38,766 bases of DNA. Origin: Microgenomates group bacterium RIFCSPHIGHO2_01_FULL_45_11 (GTDB lineage: Bacteria; Patescibacteriota; Microgenomatia; UBA1400; 2-01-FULL-45-11). The position numbers and the translations under genes are program-made. This document shows, piece by piece, positions 1 to 8,459 of this stretch (position 1 is its first letter; the number at the start of each line of letters is the position of its first letter). The stretch covers positions 17,310 through 56,075 of the forward strand of contig MHDE01000005.1 of NCBI GenBank assembly GCA_001803465.1. The letters run 5' to 3'. Under the pieces are notes generated by a model that saw only the letters and a list, made by a program, of their open reading frames with translations, was not told the DNA's origin and made no database searches.

Positions 1-110
1 CAACTATGTCTTACGCCAAACAAATCATGACTAGACAAGTTTTAGTCGCCGCTGCCGACGGTTACGGCGCCGCTTGCCCTAGCTGCCACCCAACCCTAAA
101 CCGGGGATAA
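1..110 (+). CDS. 3' end of an unidentified CDS entering from upstream (...MSYAKQIMTRQVLVAAADGYGAACPSCHPTLNRG*)
   Basis: The frame is open from base 3 to TAA at 108-110. It is truncated by the window edge and I recognise no family. Confidence 0.3.
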   Translation, partial: TMSYAKQIMTRQVLVAAADGYGAACPSCHPTLNRG

Positions 111-182
111 AAAGGCTAAATCGTTTCCCCCTTCTCCAAGCCCTTTTCTTTTCCGCTCAAACCATTTACTATTATAGCGCTT

Positions 183-1277
183 ATGAAGGTATACTTCGGC
201 GCTTCCGTCACCTTAGACCGTTCTCTCTTACCGATGTATCAGAAAATAGTCAGCGAGATTAAAAGTATAGGTCATACCGTCCTGTCCGAGTATGTCGTTG
301 ACCCCAAGCTTCAAGCCGGCGCTGGTTTAAGCCCAAAGAAACTTTTTGCCCGGGAAACCGCCACCATTGATAAAGCCGACCTCATGGTCGCCGAAGTCAC
401 TCTACCGAGTTGGGGCACCGCTTTTTTAATGGAACACGCTTTAAAAAAAGGCCGACCGGTTCTGGCTTTGTTCTTTCAAGAGGCAGACCACCCCTTACCC
501 CTCATGATTCAAGGCCATCCTGACCTCTACGTCGCCCACTACGATGACGATTCCCTCAAAAATGTCCTCAAAAAAAATCTAGACCACCTCGAACAAATGA
601 AATCCCGAAAGGGAAAACTTATTGTTATCGACGGCGCCGACGGTTCCGGCAAAGCCACCCAAACCGAGCGCTTAGTCGCTTATTTCAAAAAGCATCACCT
701 ACCGCATAAATATATTTCCTTTCCTCGCTATAAAACTAGCTTTCACGGCAAACACGTCGGCCGCTTCTTAAAAGGCGAGTTTGGCGGTAACGGCGAGGTT
801 AGTCCCTACCTGTCGTCTTTGGCTTTTGCCCTGGATCGCTTGACCGCCCGCGACCAGTTAGTCGACTGGCTTAAAGAGGGCAACCTCGTCATTGCCGACC
901 GCTATGTCTCGGCCAGTTTAGCCCATCAGGGTTCCAAGGTTTCTTCAGAGAAACGAAGTTCGTTTCTTGATTGGCTCTATACCATGGAATACCTGGAGCA
1001 CAAGTTGCCCAAAGAAGATATCGTTATCTATTTATATGTTCCCCTGGAAGTTTCTCAAGAACTAATTAAAAAACGGGGGAGCGCAGATATCGCTGACAGC
1101 GACCTTGACCACCAAAGCCGCACCATCACTCTCTATCAAGAATTAGTCAAAAAATACCCCCATTGGGTGATGATTACCTGCGTTGACAAGAAAGGTAAAT
1201 TGCTGGCCATTGACGCTATCCACCAACAAATTCTTGAGGTTCTTCGCCAACGCCATATTCTGCCATCTTCCTCTTGA
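183..1277 (+). CDS. tmk: Thymidylate kinase with an N-terminal nucleoside 2-deoxyribosyltransferase-like domain (fusion)
   Basis: The C-terminal ~220 aa carry the Tmk P-loop LIVIDGADGSGKATQ, the DR(Y/H) motif ADRYVSASLAHQ and lid-like region. The N-terminal ~140 aa (MKVYFGASV...VAEVTLPSWGTAFLMEHALKKGRPVLALFF) are paralogous to ORFs 20796 and 22559. Confidence 0.9.
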   Translation: MKVYFGASVTLDRSLLPMYQKIVSEIKSIGHTVLSEYVVDPKLQAGAGLSPKKLFARETATIDKADLMVAEVTLPSWGTAFLMEHALKKGRPVLALFFQEADHPLPLMIQGHPDLYVAHYDDDSLKNVLKKNLDHLEQMKSRKGKLIVIDGADGSGKATQTERLVAYFKKHHLPHKYISFPRYKTSFHGKHVGRFLKGEFGGNGEVSPYLSSLAFALDRLTARDQLVDWLKEGNLVIADRYVSASLAHQGSKVSSEKRSSFLDWLYTMEYLEHKLPKEDIVIYLYVPLEVSQELIKKRGSADIADSDLDHQSRTITLYQELVKKYPHWVMITCVDKKGKLLAIDAIHQQILEVLRQRHILPSSS

Positions 1278-1382
1278 CAAATATGTAATGGCTATGTAGA
1301 CTTTCGGGAAAGTGGTTTGTCTAAGACACCCACTTTTGATCCAAGCAACGAGACCCTCCGAAGCTTAAGCGAAGGAGGGGTG

Positions 1383-1411
1383 ACACCAAGTTTTCAAAGG
1401 GGGTGTTTTTT
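1383..1411 (+). terminator. Hairpin plus T-run, possible tmk terminator
   Basis: acacc(1383-1387)...ggtgt(1402-1406) is followed by tttttt. It lies about 105 nt after the tmk stop. Confidence 0.4.
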
Positions 1412-1474
1412 GTTTAACCAAACAACTCCTATCATCATTTGTCTTAAAATTTCTTTCCGAAAAGAGCAGAAAGT

Positions 1475-1501
1475 CCCGCGCCTAAGCCGCGCGGTTTTTT
1501 T
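1475..1501 (+). terminator. Rho-independent terminator-like hairpin
   Basis: The GC stem ccgcgc/gcgcgg has a 7-nt loop (ctaagcc) and is followed by T7 (1495-1501). Confidence 0.6.
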
Positions 1502-2395
1502 ATGGGACCAGACCAGAGTCAGTATCTAGAGGCCAGAAAAAAAGAGAGCAGAGTTCCCCCTTTGTTAAGGGGCATCGGCCGTGTTTTTGTCGTCACCGAC
1601 AACGACAGTAAAGTTGCCGCCACGACAGAGTGGTTAAATACCTTTGGCATTATCGTTGGCGAAGCGTCACTACCGATAGCACCTCGACAGAGTAGTCGAC
1701 GCGAGCCAGACTGGACCAGTGCCATCAAAGTTTCCCGGCATAAAGTTGAATCGTTGGTGGCTGATCTCGAAGGCGAACCCGGTCCCGAAGCCCTGGTTAT
1801 CGCTTCGGACATCGTGGTCTGGATAAACGGTCAACCAAGATTTAACCTGTCTCGCCAAAAGATAACCGACCCCCAGGATCTTTGGGTTAGAAACTGTAAC
1901 CACAATGCTGTTCCAGGAGACAAGTTGCGTTTAGAAGAAGCTGATTTGATTGCGACCTTTACTCAGCCAGCAGCAATTTGGTGGGACGTTGCCGTTTCAG
2001 TTTCTCGGAAGGGATTACGCCTGACCGCCGCCGACCGGTTTTTGGCAGAAACTAAACCTTTACCAGCCCAGCTGATCAGGCAAATTTTTTGGAGTGACGT
2101 TCCTGGCAGCGTCGGTCGTAACACCCGTTTGCCCCTTATCGATGACGACAGATTAAAACCTTACTTTACCGGAATGGTGAGTTTTCCTCTCACTCTCTGT
2201 ACAGATGAGCTGGGTAATTTCCACGACTGGCATGAAAACTGTACCAGTGATTTAGTTCATGACTTGTTATCGGTTGAAACCATGAGAAATCAAGCCGCTC
2301 AAGCTATCCTCGGCGGGATCTTAAGCTCAGAACGCATGGCAGAGTTAGCCAAACAAAAACCAAAAACCAACCCCAACGGTTGGTTTATGGTGTAA
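1502..2395 (+). CDS. Hypothetical protein; weak Maf/ITPase-like resemblance (..ALVIASDIVVWINGQ..)
   Basis: This is a 297-aa ORF with host-like codon usage. The start is uncertain: the ATG abuts the terminator T-run, and an alternative TTG lies at 1562. The family assignment is only a motif-level impression. Confidence 0.5.
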   Translation: MGPDQSQYLEARKKESRVPPLLRGIGRVFVVTDNDSKVAATTEWLNTFGIIVGEASLPIAPRQSSRREPDWTSAIKVSRHKVESLVADLEGEPGPEALVIASDIVVWINGQPRFNLSRQKITDPQDLWVRNCNHNAVPGDKLRLEEADLIATFTQPAAIWWDVAVSVSRKGLRLTAADRFLAETKPLPAQLIRQIFWSDVPGSVGRNTRLPLIDDDRLKPYFTGMVSFPLTLCTDELGNFHDWHENCTSDLVHDLLSVETMRNQAAQAILGGILSSERMAELAKQKPKTNPNGWFMV

Positions 2396-2441
2396 AATAA
2401 TACCATTGGTGCCTTACTATAGTTTTAGTTAGTTAAAGATT

Positions 2442-2678
2442 ATGGCTACACTTCCTAGACAGCCAGACGTTGTAATTTACCAAATCAAAGCTGTTGACTG
2501 TGGAGCGAAACAGGCAGAACTAATTAAGCCTGCAGACCTTCCCCCAGGCACCGCGCTTGCAGAGTTCGTTAATTTATTAGGATTACCGTTATTTAATCTG
2601 TCAAATGATTTGGAGCCGGGAACGGAAGAAGAACAGCAAAAAGACATCTTCTTACTCAGCGAATCGGAAAAAATATGA
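2442..2678 (+). CDS. Hypothetical small protein (78 aa)
   Basis: The ORF overlaps the next ORF by ATGA (2675-2678), which suggests translational coupling. There is no recognisable motif and no clear SD. Confidence 0.45.
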   Translation: MATLPRQPDVVIYQIKAVDCGAKQAELIKPADLPPGTALAEFVNLLGLPLFNLSNDLEPGTEEEQQKDIFLLSESEKI

Positions 2679-3001
2679 GTTCCTACACCGTTACTCTTAT
2701 GACCAGAAAGGAAACCACTCCCTTCACGTCAGCGCCATTCCGCAATGCCATAGAACCAGTGAAGACTCAAGAGATCCCCGCCAATACTAGTCTTGCCCTC
2801 AGACTGGAAAATGGAGATGTTATTGGTCACGTCATAAATTATGCTGGCCAACTCCTCGTTGTTCCTTGCCGCACCAAAGACGGTTACGTCTACGTTTCCG
2901 AACACATCACCTACAACCCTGTAGTCTTAGACGATGAATCAGCCCATGTCCATCAAAACGGTAATGTCACCCAATTTTTCGAAGTAGCAAGTGTTGGGTA
3001 A
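2675..3001 (+). CDS. Hypothetical small protein (108 aa)
   Basis: The ORF is start/stop-coupled to the preceding ORF. I recognise no family. Confidence 0.5.
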   Translation: MSSYTVTLMTRKETTPFTSAPFRNAIEPVKTQEIPANTSLALRLENGDVIGHVINYAGQLLVVPCRTKDGYVYVSEHITYNPVVLDDESAHVHQNGNVTQFFEVASVG

Positions 3002-3114
3002 TCACCCTTTCATCCCTTTACTCCCGCAGTGTTTATTCAAGACACGTCGGCAGTCAAAGATCACCCCAATCCCGCTTTCCCCTAAGGCGTAGAATCGTAT
3101 ACAATACTTCCAGT

Positions 3115-5235
3115 ATGTTCGACACCCTGCTTTTGAAGTTGCCTCGCGACACCGAAGTCACCCCGGAAATGGCCAAAAATTTTTTGGCTGGCGTCAGTGA
3201 AGTGGCCAGCCGACCAGGACTCATCAAGCATCTTCTCGGCCAGCGGCCGGTACCTTTAGCCTTAGAAATTATTAGTTTTCACCAGCAAATTCAATTTACT
3301 ATTACCTGCGGTCAAGCCATTACCGAATTTGTCAAAACCCAACTCCAGTCTAATTACCCCCTGGTGGTCGTCGAAACCATCGCCGACCCCCTCCTAAATA
3401 TCGCCCCCGTCTCTGTCGGCAGACTCTCTCTGGCTACAGCCAATTATTATCCCTTGAGTACCGCCAAAGACTTCCGCGACCTTGATCCCTTAGCTTCGGT
3501 ACTTTCGGTCATGGCCAAAGCCGAAGCCGATGAGGTAATGATGGTCCAACTGGCTCTGGCAAAAGCCGGCAGTAACTGGCAACATCATGGTCAATCGGCC
3601 ATTGATAAAGGTCGGCCGGGAGAGAAACCCGAACAAACTAAGGCCCTGCCCGAACAACAACTTATCAGAGATAAAATTTCCTTTCCCGGTTATTATTTCA
3701 CTCTTCTATTGGCAGCCACCCACAAATCTCGTCTGCGCGAATTGGCCAGCGCTTTTCAGGTCTTTAGCCGCGCCGGGGGCAACCGTCTTTCCTTATCGGT
3801 GCCCCTCTTTAGTAAGCGAAAATTGCTTCACGACCTCCAGGGTAGACGAGCGGTCGGTAAACAAGTCTTAAATATCGACGAGTTAGCCACTATTTGGCAC
3901 TTGCCCGGAGAAAAAATCAAAGTCACCGGTATTGCCTGGGGCAGTGCGATTCTGTCCGAAGCCCCGGAAAATCTGCCCTTGGCTGAAGGCAAGACAGAAG
4001 CAGAAAAAGCCACCATCAACTTTTTTGCCAAAACTGTTTTTAAAAACAAGGACGCCGTCTTTGGTATCAAAGACGCCGATCGCCGCCGTCACCTTTGGTC
4101 TATCGGCAAAACCGGTACCGGTAAATCCACCCTTATTGCCAACATGGCCATCGACGACTTCAAAAAGGGGAGAGGAGTCACTGTTATCGACCCCCACGGC
4201 GACCTTTCCGACATTCTTCTCGATTATATCCCGAGCCACCGGGTCAACGACGTCATCTACTTAAACCCGGCTGACAAAGACTACACTGTCACCATCAATC
4301 CGTTGGAAGTCGCCAGTAGGGAAGAGCGGGAATTAGTGGTTTCTGGCATTGTCGCCATTTTCCACAAACTCTACGGCTACTCCTGGGGACCACGCTTGGA
4401 ATATATCTTAAGAAATTGTTTGTTGACCTTGACGGAAGCGTCCGACTCTACTCTGGGAGACGTGATTAAGCTTTTGACCGACTTTAAGTTTCGTCAAAAA
4501 GTCGTCGACACCATCAGCGACACCGTCATGAAACAATATTGGCTGGTCGAGTATGCCCAAATGCCAGAAAGACTTCGCCAAGAGGCCATCGCTCCCATCT
4601 TAAACAAAGTCGGCCAATTTGTCGGCTCGCCCCTGATCCGCTCGGTCATCGGCTCACCTAAATCTTCCGTCAGCATTGATGCTGTCATAAACGAAGGCAA
4701 AATCCTCATCGCCAATCTCTCCCAGGGAAGGTTAGGCGAAGACAACGGTGCCCTACTTGGGGCCATGCTCATCACTAAGTTTCAGCTGGCTTCCATGCGT
4801 CGGGTCAATGTGCCAGAAGAACAAAGGCGGGACTTTTACCTTTATGTAGACGAGTTTCAAAATTTCGCCACCCTGTCTTTTGTCAAAATTCTCTCCGAGG
4901 CCAGAAAATACCGCTTGAATTTAATGATGGCCAATCAATACATCGCCCAAATTCCCGAAGAAATTATCAAGGCAATCTTAGGCAACGTCGGCAGCTTAAT
5001 AACCTTTACCGTCGGCGCATCCGACGCTTTTCTTTTAAAGCGCGAGTTTTCCGAGGTTTTCTCCGAGTCTGACCTCGTTAACTTGGAGAACTACCAAATT
5101 GCCGTGAAGTTAATGATTGACGCCCACGCCAGCCGTCCCTTCCTGGCTCACACTTTGCCTTTGCCAGTCTCCAAAAACCAAAACCGTGACAAAGTCATCC
5201 GTGTCTCCCGAGAACGCTATTCCAAAAAAAAGTAA
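3115..5235 (+). CDS. TraD/VirD4/TrwB-like (type IV coupling protein-like, HerA/FtsK superfamily) P-loop ATPase with a soluble N-terminal domain of unknown type
   Basis: Motifs seen are Walker A GKTGTGKST (4105-4131), VIDPHGDL, Walker B-like FYLYVDEFQNF (~4840-4866) and ARKYRLNLMMANQ. The first ~320 aa contain no hydrophobic TM segment. Confidence 0.85.
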   Translation: MFDTLLLKLPRDTEVTPEMAKNFLAGVSEVASRPGLIKHLLGQRPVPLALEIISFHQQIQFTITCGQAITEFVKTQLQSNYPLVVVETIADPLLNIAPVSVGRLSLATANYYPLSTAKDFRDLDPLASVLSVMAKAEADEVMMVQLALAKAGSNWQHHGQSAIDKGRPGEKPEQTKALPEQQLIRDKISFPGYYFTLLLAATHKSRLRELASAFQVFSRAGGNRLSLSVPLFSKRKLLHDLQGRRAVGKQVLNIDELATIWHLPGEKIKVTGIAWGSAILSEAPENLPLAEGKTEAEKATINFFAKTVFKNKDAVFGIKDADRRRHLWSIGKTGTGKSTLIANMAIDDFKKGRGVTVIDPHGDLSDILLDYIPSHRVNDVIYLNPADKDYTVTINPLEVASREERELVVSGIVAIFHKLYGYSWGPRLEYILRNCLLTLTEASDSTLGDVIKLLTDFKFRQKVVDTISDTVMKQYWLVEYAQMPERLRQEAIAPILNKVGQFVGSPLIRSVIGSPKSSVSIDAVINEGKILIANLSQGRLGEDNGALLGAMLITKFQLASMRRVNVPEEQRRDFYLYVDEFQNFATLSFVKILSEARKYRLNLMMANQYIAQIPEEIIKAILGNVGSLITFTVGASDAFLLKREFSEVFSESDLVNLENYQIAVKLMIDAHASRPFLAHTLPLPVSKNQNRDKVIRVSRERYSKKK

Positions 5236-5304
5236 AATTTTAAGCGGAGTAAACCACCTTCCCAGTATTTTACTCAATTGAGTTACTTAAAGTACAATAG
5301 AGTT

Positions 5305-6240
5305 ATGGCTAAAGTATTTGACGGCAAAGTTTTTGCCGCTAGCAAAGAAATCATTCTCAAGAAAGAAGTTAAAGCCTTGCCCTTTACTCCACGCTTAATG
5401 TCCATTGTCTTTGTCGAAGACAAAGCCGGAGACACCTACACCGATCTTAAATTCGAGGTTGCTACTCGCATCGGCATCGAGTTTGATAGATTAAATGTCT
5501 CTTTGGACGAACCCCTCGACGCCTTGATAAAAAAAATTCAATCAGCCAGTCAACGACCTGATCTCCACGGCCTTTTAATTCAAAAGCCAGCCAAAGCCAT
5601 CTGGCAGCAGTTCCAACCTATCACCTATAACTCATCACCTATAACCTTCCCCGATTGGTGGCATCAACTTACCTCTCAAATTGATCTCCTCAAAGACGTT
5701 GACTGTCTTCACCCCCAAAACCTAGCCAAAGTCTATCAGGCTACGTGGACATTATTGCCAGCCACTGTCAAAGCCATTCTCTACGTCTTACTCCAAGCCT
5801 TAGACGAGTCAGCCCTGCCATCGATCCCTCGAAACCTTGATGCCAGAGAGCTTCTGATTGCCGTGAAGCCGTTCTTTACTGGCAAAAAAATTAGCGTCGT
5901 CGGCAGAAGCGACATCGTCGGTCGTCCCTTAGCCGCCGTCTGTTCCCAAGCCGGGGGAGAAGTCAACCTTCTCGGCTCGATCGACTCTCTCTCTACCACC
6001 TTACTATCATCGGAAATTATAATTAGCGCTACCGGCGTCGCCAACTTAATCACCGAAGCTCTGGTTAAACCTGGCGCCGTCGTCATTGACGTCGGCTATC
6101 CTGTCGGCGACCTCGACTTTGAACGGGTCAAGTCAGTCGCCGGCTTTATCACCCCCGTTCCATTTGGCATCGGCCCGGTCACCGTTACTTCTCTGTTAGA
6201 AAATCTCGTCCAAGTCGTTGTTCAAAAGCACCCTCGTTGA
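5305..6240 (+). CDS. folD: Methylenetetrahydrofolate dehydrogenase/cyclohydrolase (FolD-like, divergent)
   Basis: FolD-like motifs are MAKVFDGK..., KDVDCLHPQN, VVGRSDIVGRPLA, PGAVVIDVG and TPVPFGIGPVTVTSLLENL. An insertion of about 17 aa lies between the LIQKP and KDVD motifs. The start is taken at ATG 5305 (M10 of the ORF-track entry). Confidence 0.8.
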   Translation: MAKVFDGKVFAASKEIILKKEVKALPFTPRLMSIVFVEDKAGDTYTDLKFEVATRIGIEFDRLNVSLDEPLDALIKKIQSASQRPDLHGLLIQKPAKAIWQQFQPITYNSSPITFPDWWHQLTSQIDLLKDVDCLHPQNLAKVYQATWTLLPATVKAILYVLLQALDESALPSIPRNLDARELLIAVKPFFTGKKISVVGRSDIVGRPLAAVCSQAGGEVNLLGSIDSLSTTLLSSEIIISATGVANLITEALVKPGAVVIDVGYPVGDLDFERVKSVAGFITPVPFGIGPVTVTSLLENLVQVVVQKHPR

Positions 6241-6396
6241 TTACAACACCTGACTTAAAGTATTCATAGAAAAATGGAAAATCACCGAATCATCTAAGTC
6301 TTGTTTTTGAAAGCGCTTCCAGGTAAAATTAGCCTCATTACTCACACCGAACCGGTCTCCTGATTACTTCGGTTTGGTGGCGGTTTAAGGAGACAG

Positions 6397-7170
6397 ATGT
6401 CAGAAAAAGCTTACTCTATAGATCTTAAAGAGCTCTTGGAAGCGGGTTGTCACTTCGGCCATCAGGCCCGCCGCTGGAACCCCAAAATGGTGTCTTATAT
6501 TTACACCACCCGCGACGGCGTCAGCATTTTTGATTTAGCCAAAACCGCCCAATGTTTAGTCGAGGCGATGACCTATGTTCGTGACTGGGTTAAGGATGGG
6601 AAAGACATTGTCTTTGTCGGCACCAAGCGTCAGGCTCAGGCAATTGTCAAGGAGGAAGCCATTAAAGTTGGCGCTCCGTTTATTTCCGAGCGCTGGCTTG
6701 GCGGCCTGCTCACGAATTGGAACGAGATTGAAAAACGCCTTAATCGCTTAAGGACCATGCGCCAGGATCGAGAGGCTGGTTTATACAAAAAATATACCAA
6801 GAAGGAAAATGTTCTTATCGACCGGGAAATCGCCAAACTCGACCGCTTTTTAGGCGGTATCGACTCCTTAAAAGCCGCGCCCGAGGCCTTATTCATCATT
6901 GATACCCACAAGGAAATCGTCGCCGTCCGCGAAGCTAGTCAGAAAAATATTCCCATTGTTGGGATTGTAGATTCCAACGCCGATCCCTACCCCGTTACCA
7001 AAGTCATTCCAGCCAATGATGATGCCGTCCGTTCGATTAAACTCATCGTCGCCAAAATTGCCGAAGCCTACGCCGATGGCAAAGCCCTAAGAAAATCCAC
7101 CCCATCTACCCCCAAAGTTCCAGACAAAGACCAACTTAAAAAACCGCTTAAACCCAAGCAATCAAAATGA
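6397..7170 (+). CDS. rpsB: 30S ribosomal protein S2
   Basis: Characteristic sequence includes LLEAGCHFGHQARRWNPKM and ISERWLGGLLTNW. A strong SD (aaggaga) precedes the start. A 9-bp leader hairpin (caccgaacc...ggtttggtg) lies at about 6345-6379. Confidence 0.97.
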   Translation: MSEKAYSIDLKELLEAGCHFGHQARRWNPKMVSYIYTTRDGVSIFDLAKTAQCLVEAMTYVRDWVKDGKDIVFVGTKRQAQAIVKEEAIKVGAPFISERWLGGLLTNWNEIEKRLNRLRTMRQDREAGLYKKYTKKENVLIDREIAKLDRFLGGIDSLKAAPEALFIIDTHKEIVAVREASQKNIPIVGIVDSNADPYPVTKVIPANDDAVRSIKLIVAKIAEAYADGKALRKSTPSTPKVPDKDQLKKPLKPKQSK

Positions 7171-7272
7171 GCTGTGACTTTTCTATCTAGATCCACCTAA
7201 ATCTTGGTAATATCAATTAGTATCGATTAATATCGACGAGTATCCAAACTAAAAGAGCTAAAGGTATTTAAT

Positions 7273-7743
7273 ATGAGTCAGCCATCAACACTGACAGCCA
7301 TTAAAAAACTACGGGCTGCCACGGGCGCCGGCGTCATGGAGGCCAAGCGGGCTTTGGATAAAGCTAAAGGGAATCTTGAGGAAGCTAAAAAAGTCATTAC
7401 CGCCGCCGGCATAGTCAAGGCCGAGAAACAAGCCGACCGCCAGGCCGAATCAGGCATGGTCTTTGCCTATATCCACCACACTCAACTCTCGGGTACCATT
7501 ATCGAGCTAAACTGCGAGACCGATTTTGTCGCCAAAACTTCCGACTTTCAAAGTCTGGCCAAAGAACTTGCCCTGCAAGTTAACAGCATGAATCCAAGTT
7601 CCGTTGACGATCTCTTAAACCAAGAATATATCCGCGATCCCCAAATAACGGTTAGTGAGCTCGTCAAACAAACCGCCGCCAAAGTGGGCGAGAACGTTAA
7701 AGTCAAACGCTTCCAACGCTTTCAAGTCGGGGAAAAAGCATAA
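7273..7743 (+). CDS. tsf: Elongation factor Ts, short form (156 aa)
   Basis: It has the UBA-like N-terminus IKKLRAATGAGVMEAKRAL and the core motif CETDFVAKTSDF. It follows rpsB. Confidence 0.9.
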   Translation: MSQPSTLTAIKKLRAATGAGVMEAKRALDKAKGNLEEAKKVITAAGIVKAEKQADRQAESGMVFAYIHHTQLSGTIIELNCETDFVAKTSDFQSLAKELALQVNSMNPSSVDDLLNQEYIRDPQITVSELVKQTAAKVGENVKVKRFQRFQVGEKA

Positions 7744-7882
7744 TTGTGAGTCAATGTCTCTTCTACCTTTACTGTAAGCTAGCGAAAGCTCCGGCAGACG
7801 CCTTTAGTCCGTTTTTTTTACAGTTTTCTGATTACTGATTACTGGCAGCTGATTTGTTACAATTAACGGAGGGAGGTCACTC

Positions 7883-8431
7883 ATGTTTGACAAAATGATC
7901 AGTCACATGCAGAAGGTTTTGCTTTTAGTGGAAGACGATCTCAAGCTCATTAAAACCGGCCGGGCTAAACCCAGCCTGGTTGAACACGTTAAAGTTGAAG
8001 CCTATGAGGGTCAGGTCATGCCCCTCATCGAACTGGCCTCAATTACCGCCCCCGACCCTCACACCCTGCTCATTTCTCCTTGGGACAAAACCATTGTCGA
8101 CAAAGTCTACAAAACGTTATCAGCCGGCGAACAATCTCTAAATCCAGTGATTGACGGCGACCTCATTCGCATCAGCGTGCCGCCTTTGACGCAAGAAAGA
8201 AGAGAAGAACTCGTCAAGCTGGTTAAGCAGAGGCTTGAAGCCGGCCGGCAAATGCTGCGCCAGTTAAGAAACGACACCAAAAAAGACATCGACGCTATGG
8301 AGGGAGAACCAGGAGTGAGCGAAGACGACGTCAAACGTTACTTAGACGACATGCAGAAAAAATTTGACGAATTTCTCGTTAAACTCGAAGACTTAGGTAA
8401 AACCAAAGAAAAAGAACTGATGGAGCTATAA
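7883..8431 (+). CDS. frr: Ribosome recycling factor
   Basis: Sequence is typical RRF (GRAKPSLVEHVKVEAYG..., LIRISVPPLTQERREELVK). The SD is ggagggagg. Confidence 0.95.
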   Translation: MFDKMISHMQKVLLLVEDDLKLIKTGRAKPSLVEHVKVEAYEGQVMPLIELASITAPDPHTLLISPWDKTIVDKVYKTLSAGEQSLNPVIDGDLIRISVPPLTQERREELVKLVKQRLEAGRQMLRQLRNDTKKDIDAMEGEPGVSEDDVKRYLDDMQKKFDEFLVKLEDLGKTKEKELMEL

Positions 8432-8459
8432 ATAGGGTATCCACTATTCACTGCTTATT

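Noticed and set aside
1317-1529. 70-aa ORF in the tmk-downstream spacer
   Set aside because: It has no SD and atypical composition, and it runs straight through two terminator-like hairpins. I treat the region as non-coding.
3587-4775. Several ORF-track entries inside or antisense to the TraD-like ATPase (3587-3871, 3828-4070, 3883-4239, 3932-4264, 4494-4775)
   Set aside because: All are nested in a long motif-bearing CDS and have skewed Pro/Ser/Arg-rich translations typical of off-frame reads. The same reasoning applies to the other nested or antisense entries inside rpsB, frr, rseP, proS, dnaX, glyA, thyA, recR, ssb, ctpA, htrA, prfA, the EamA gene, hisS and pepP.
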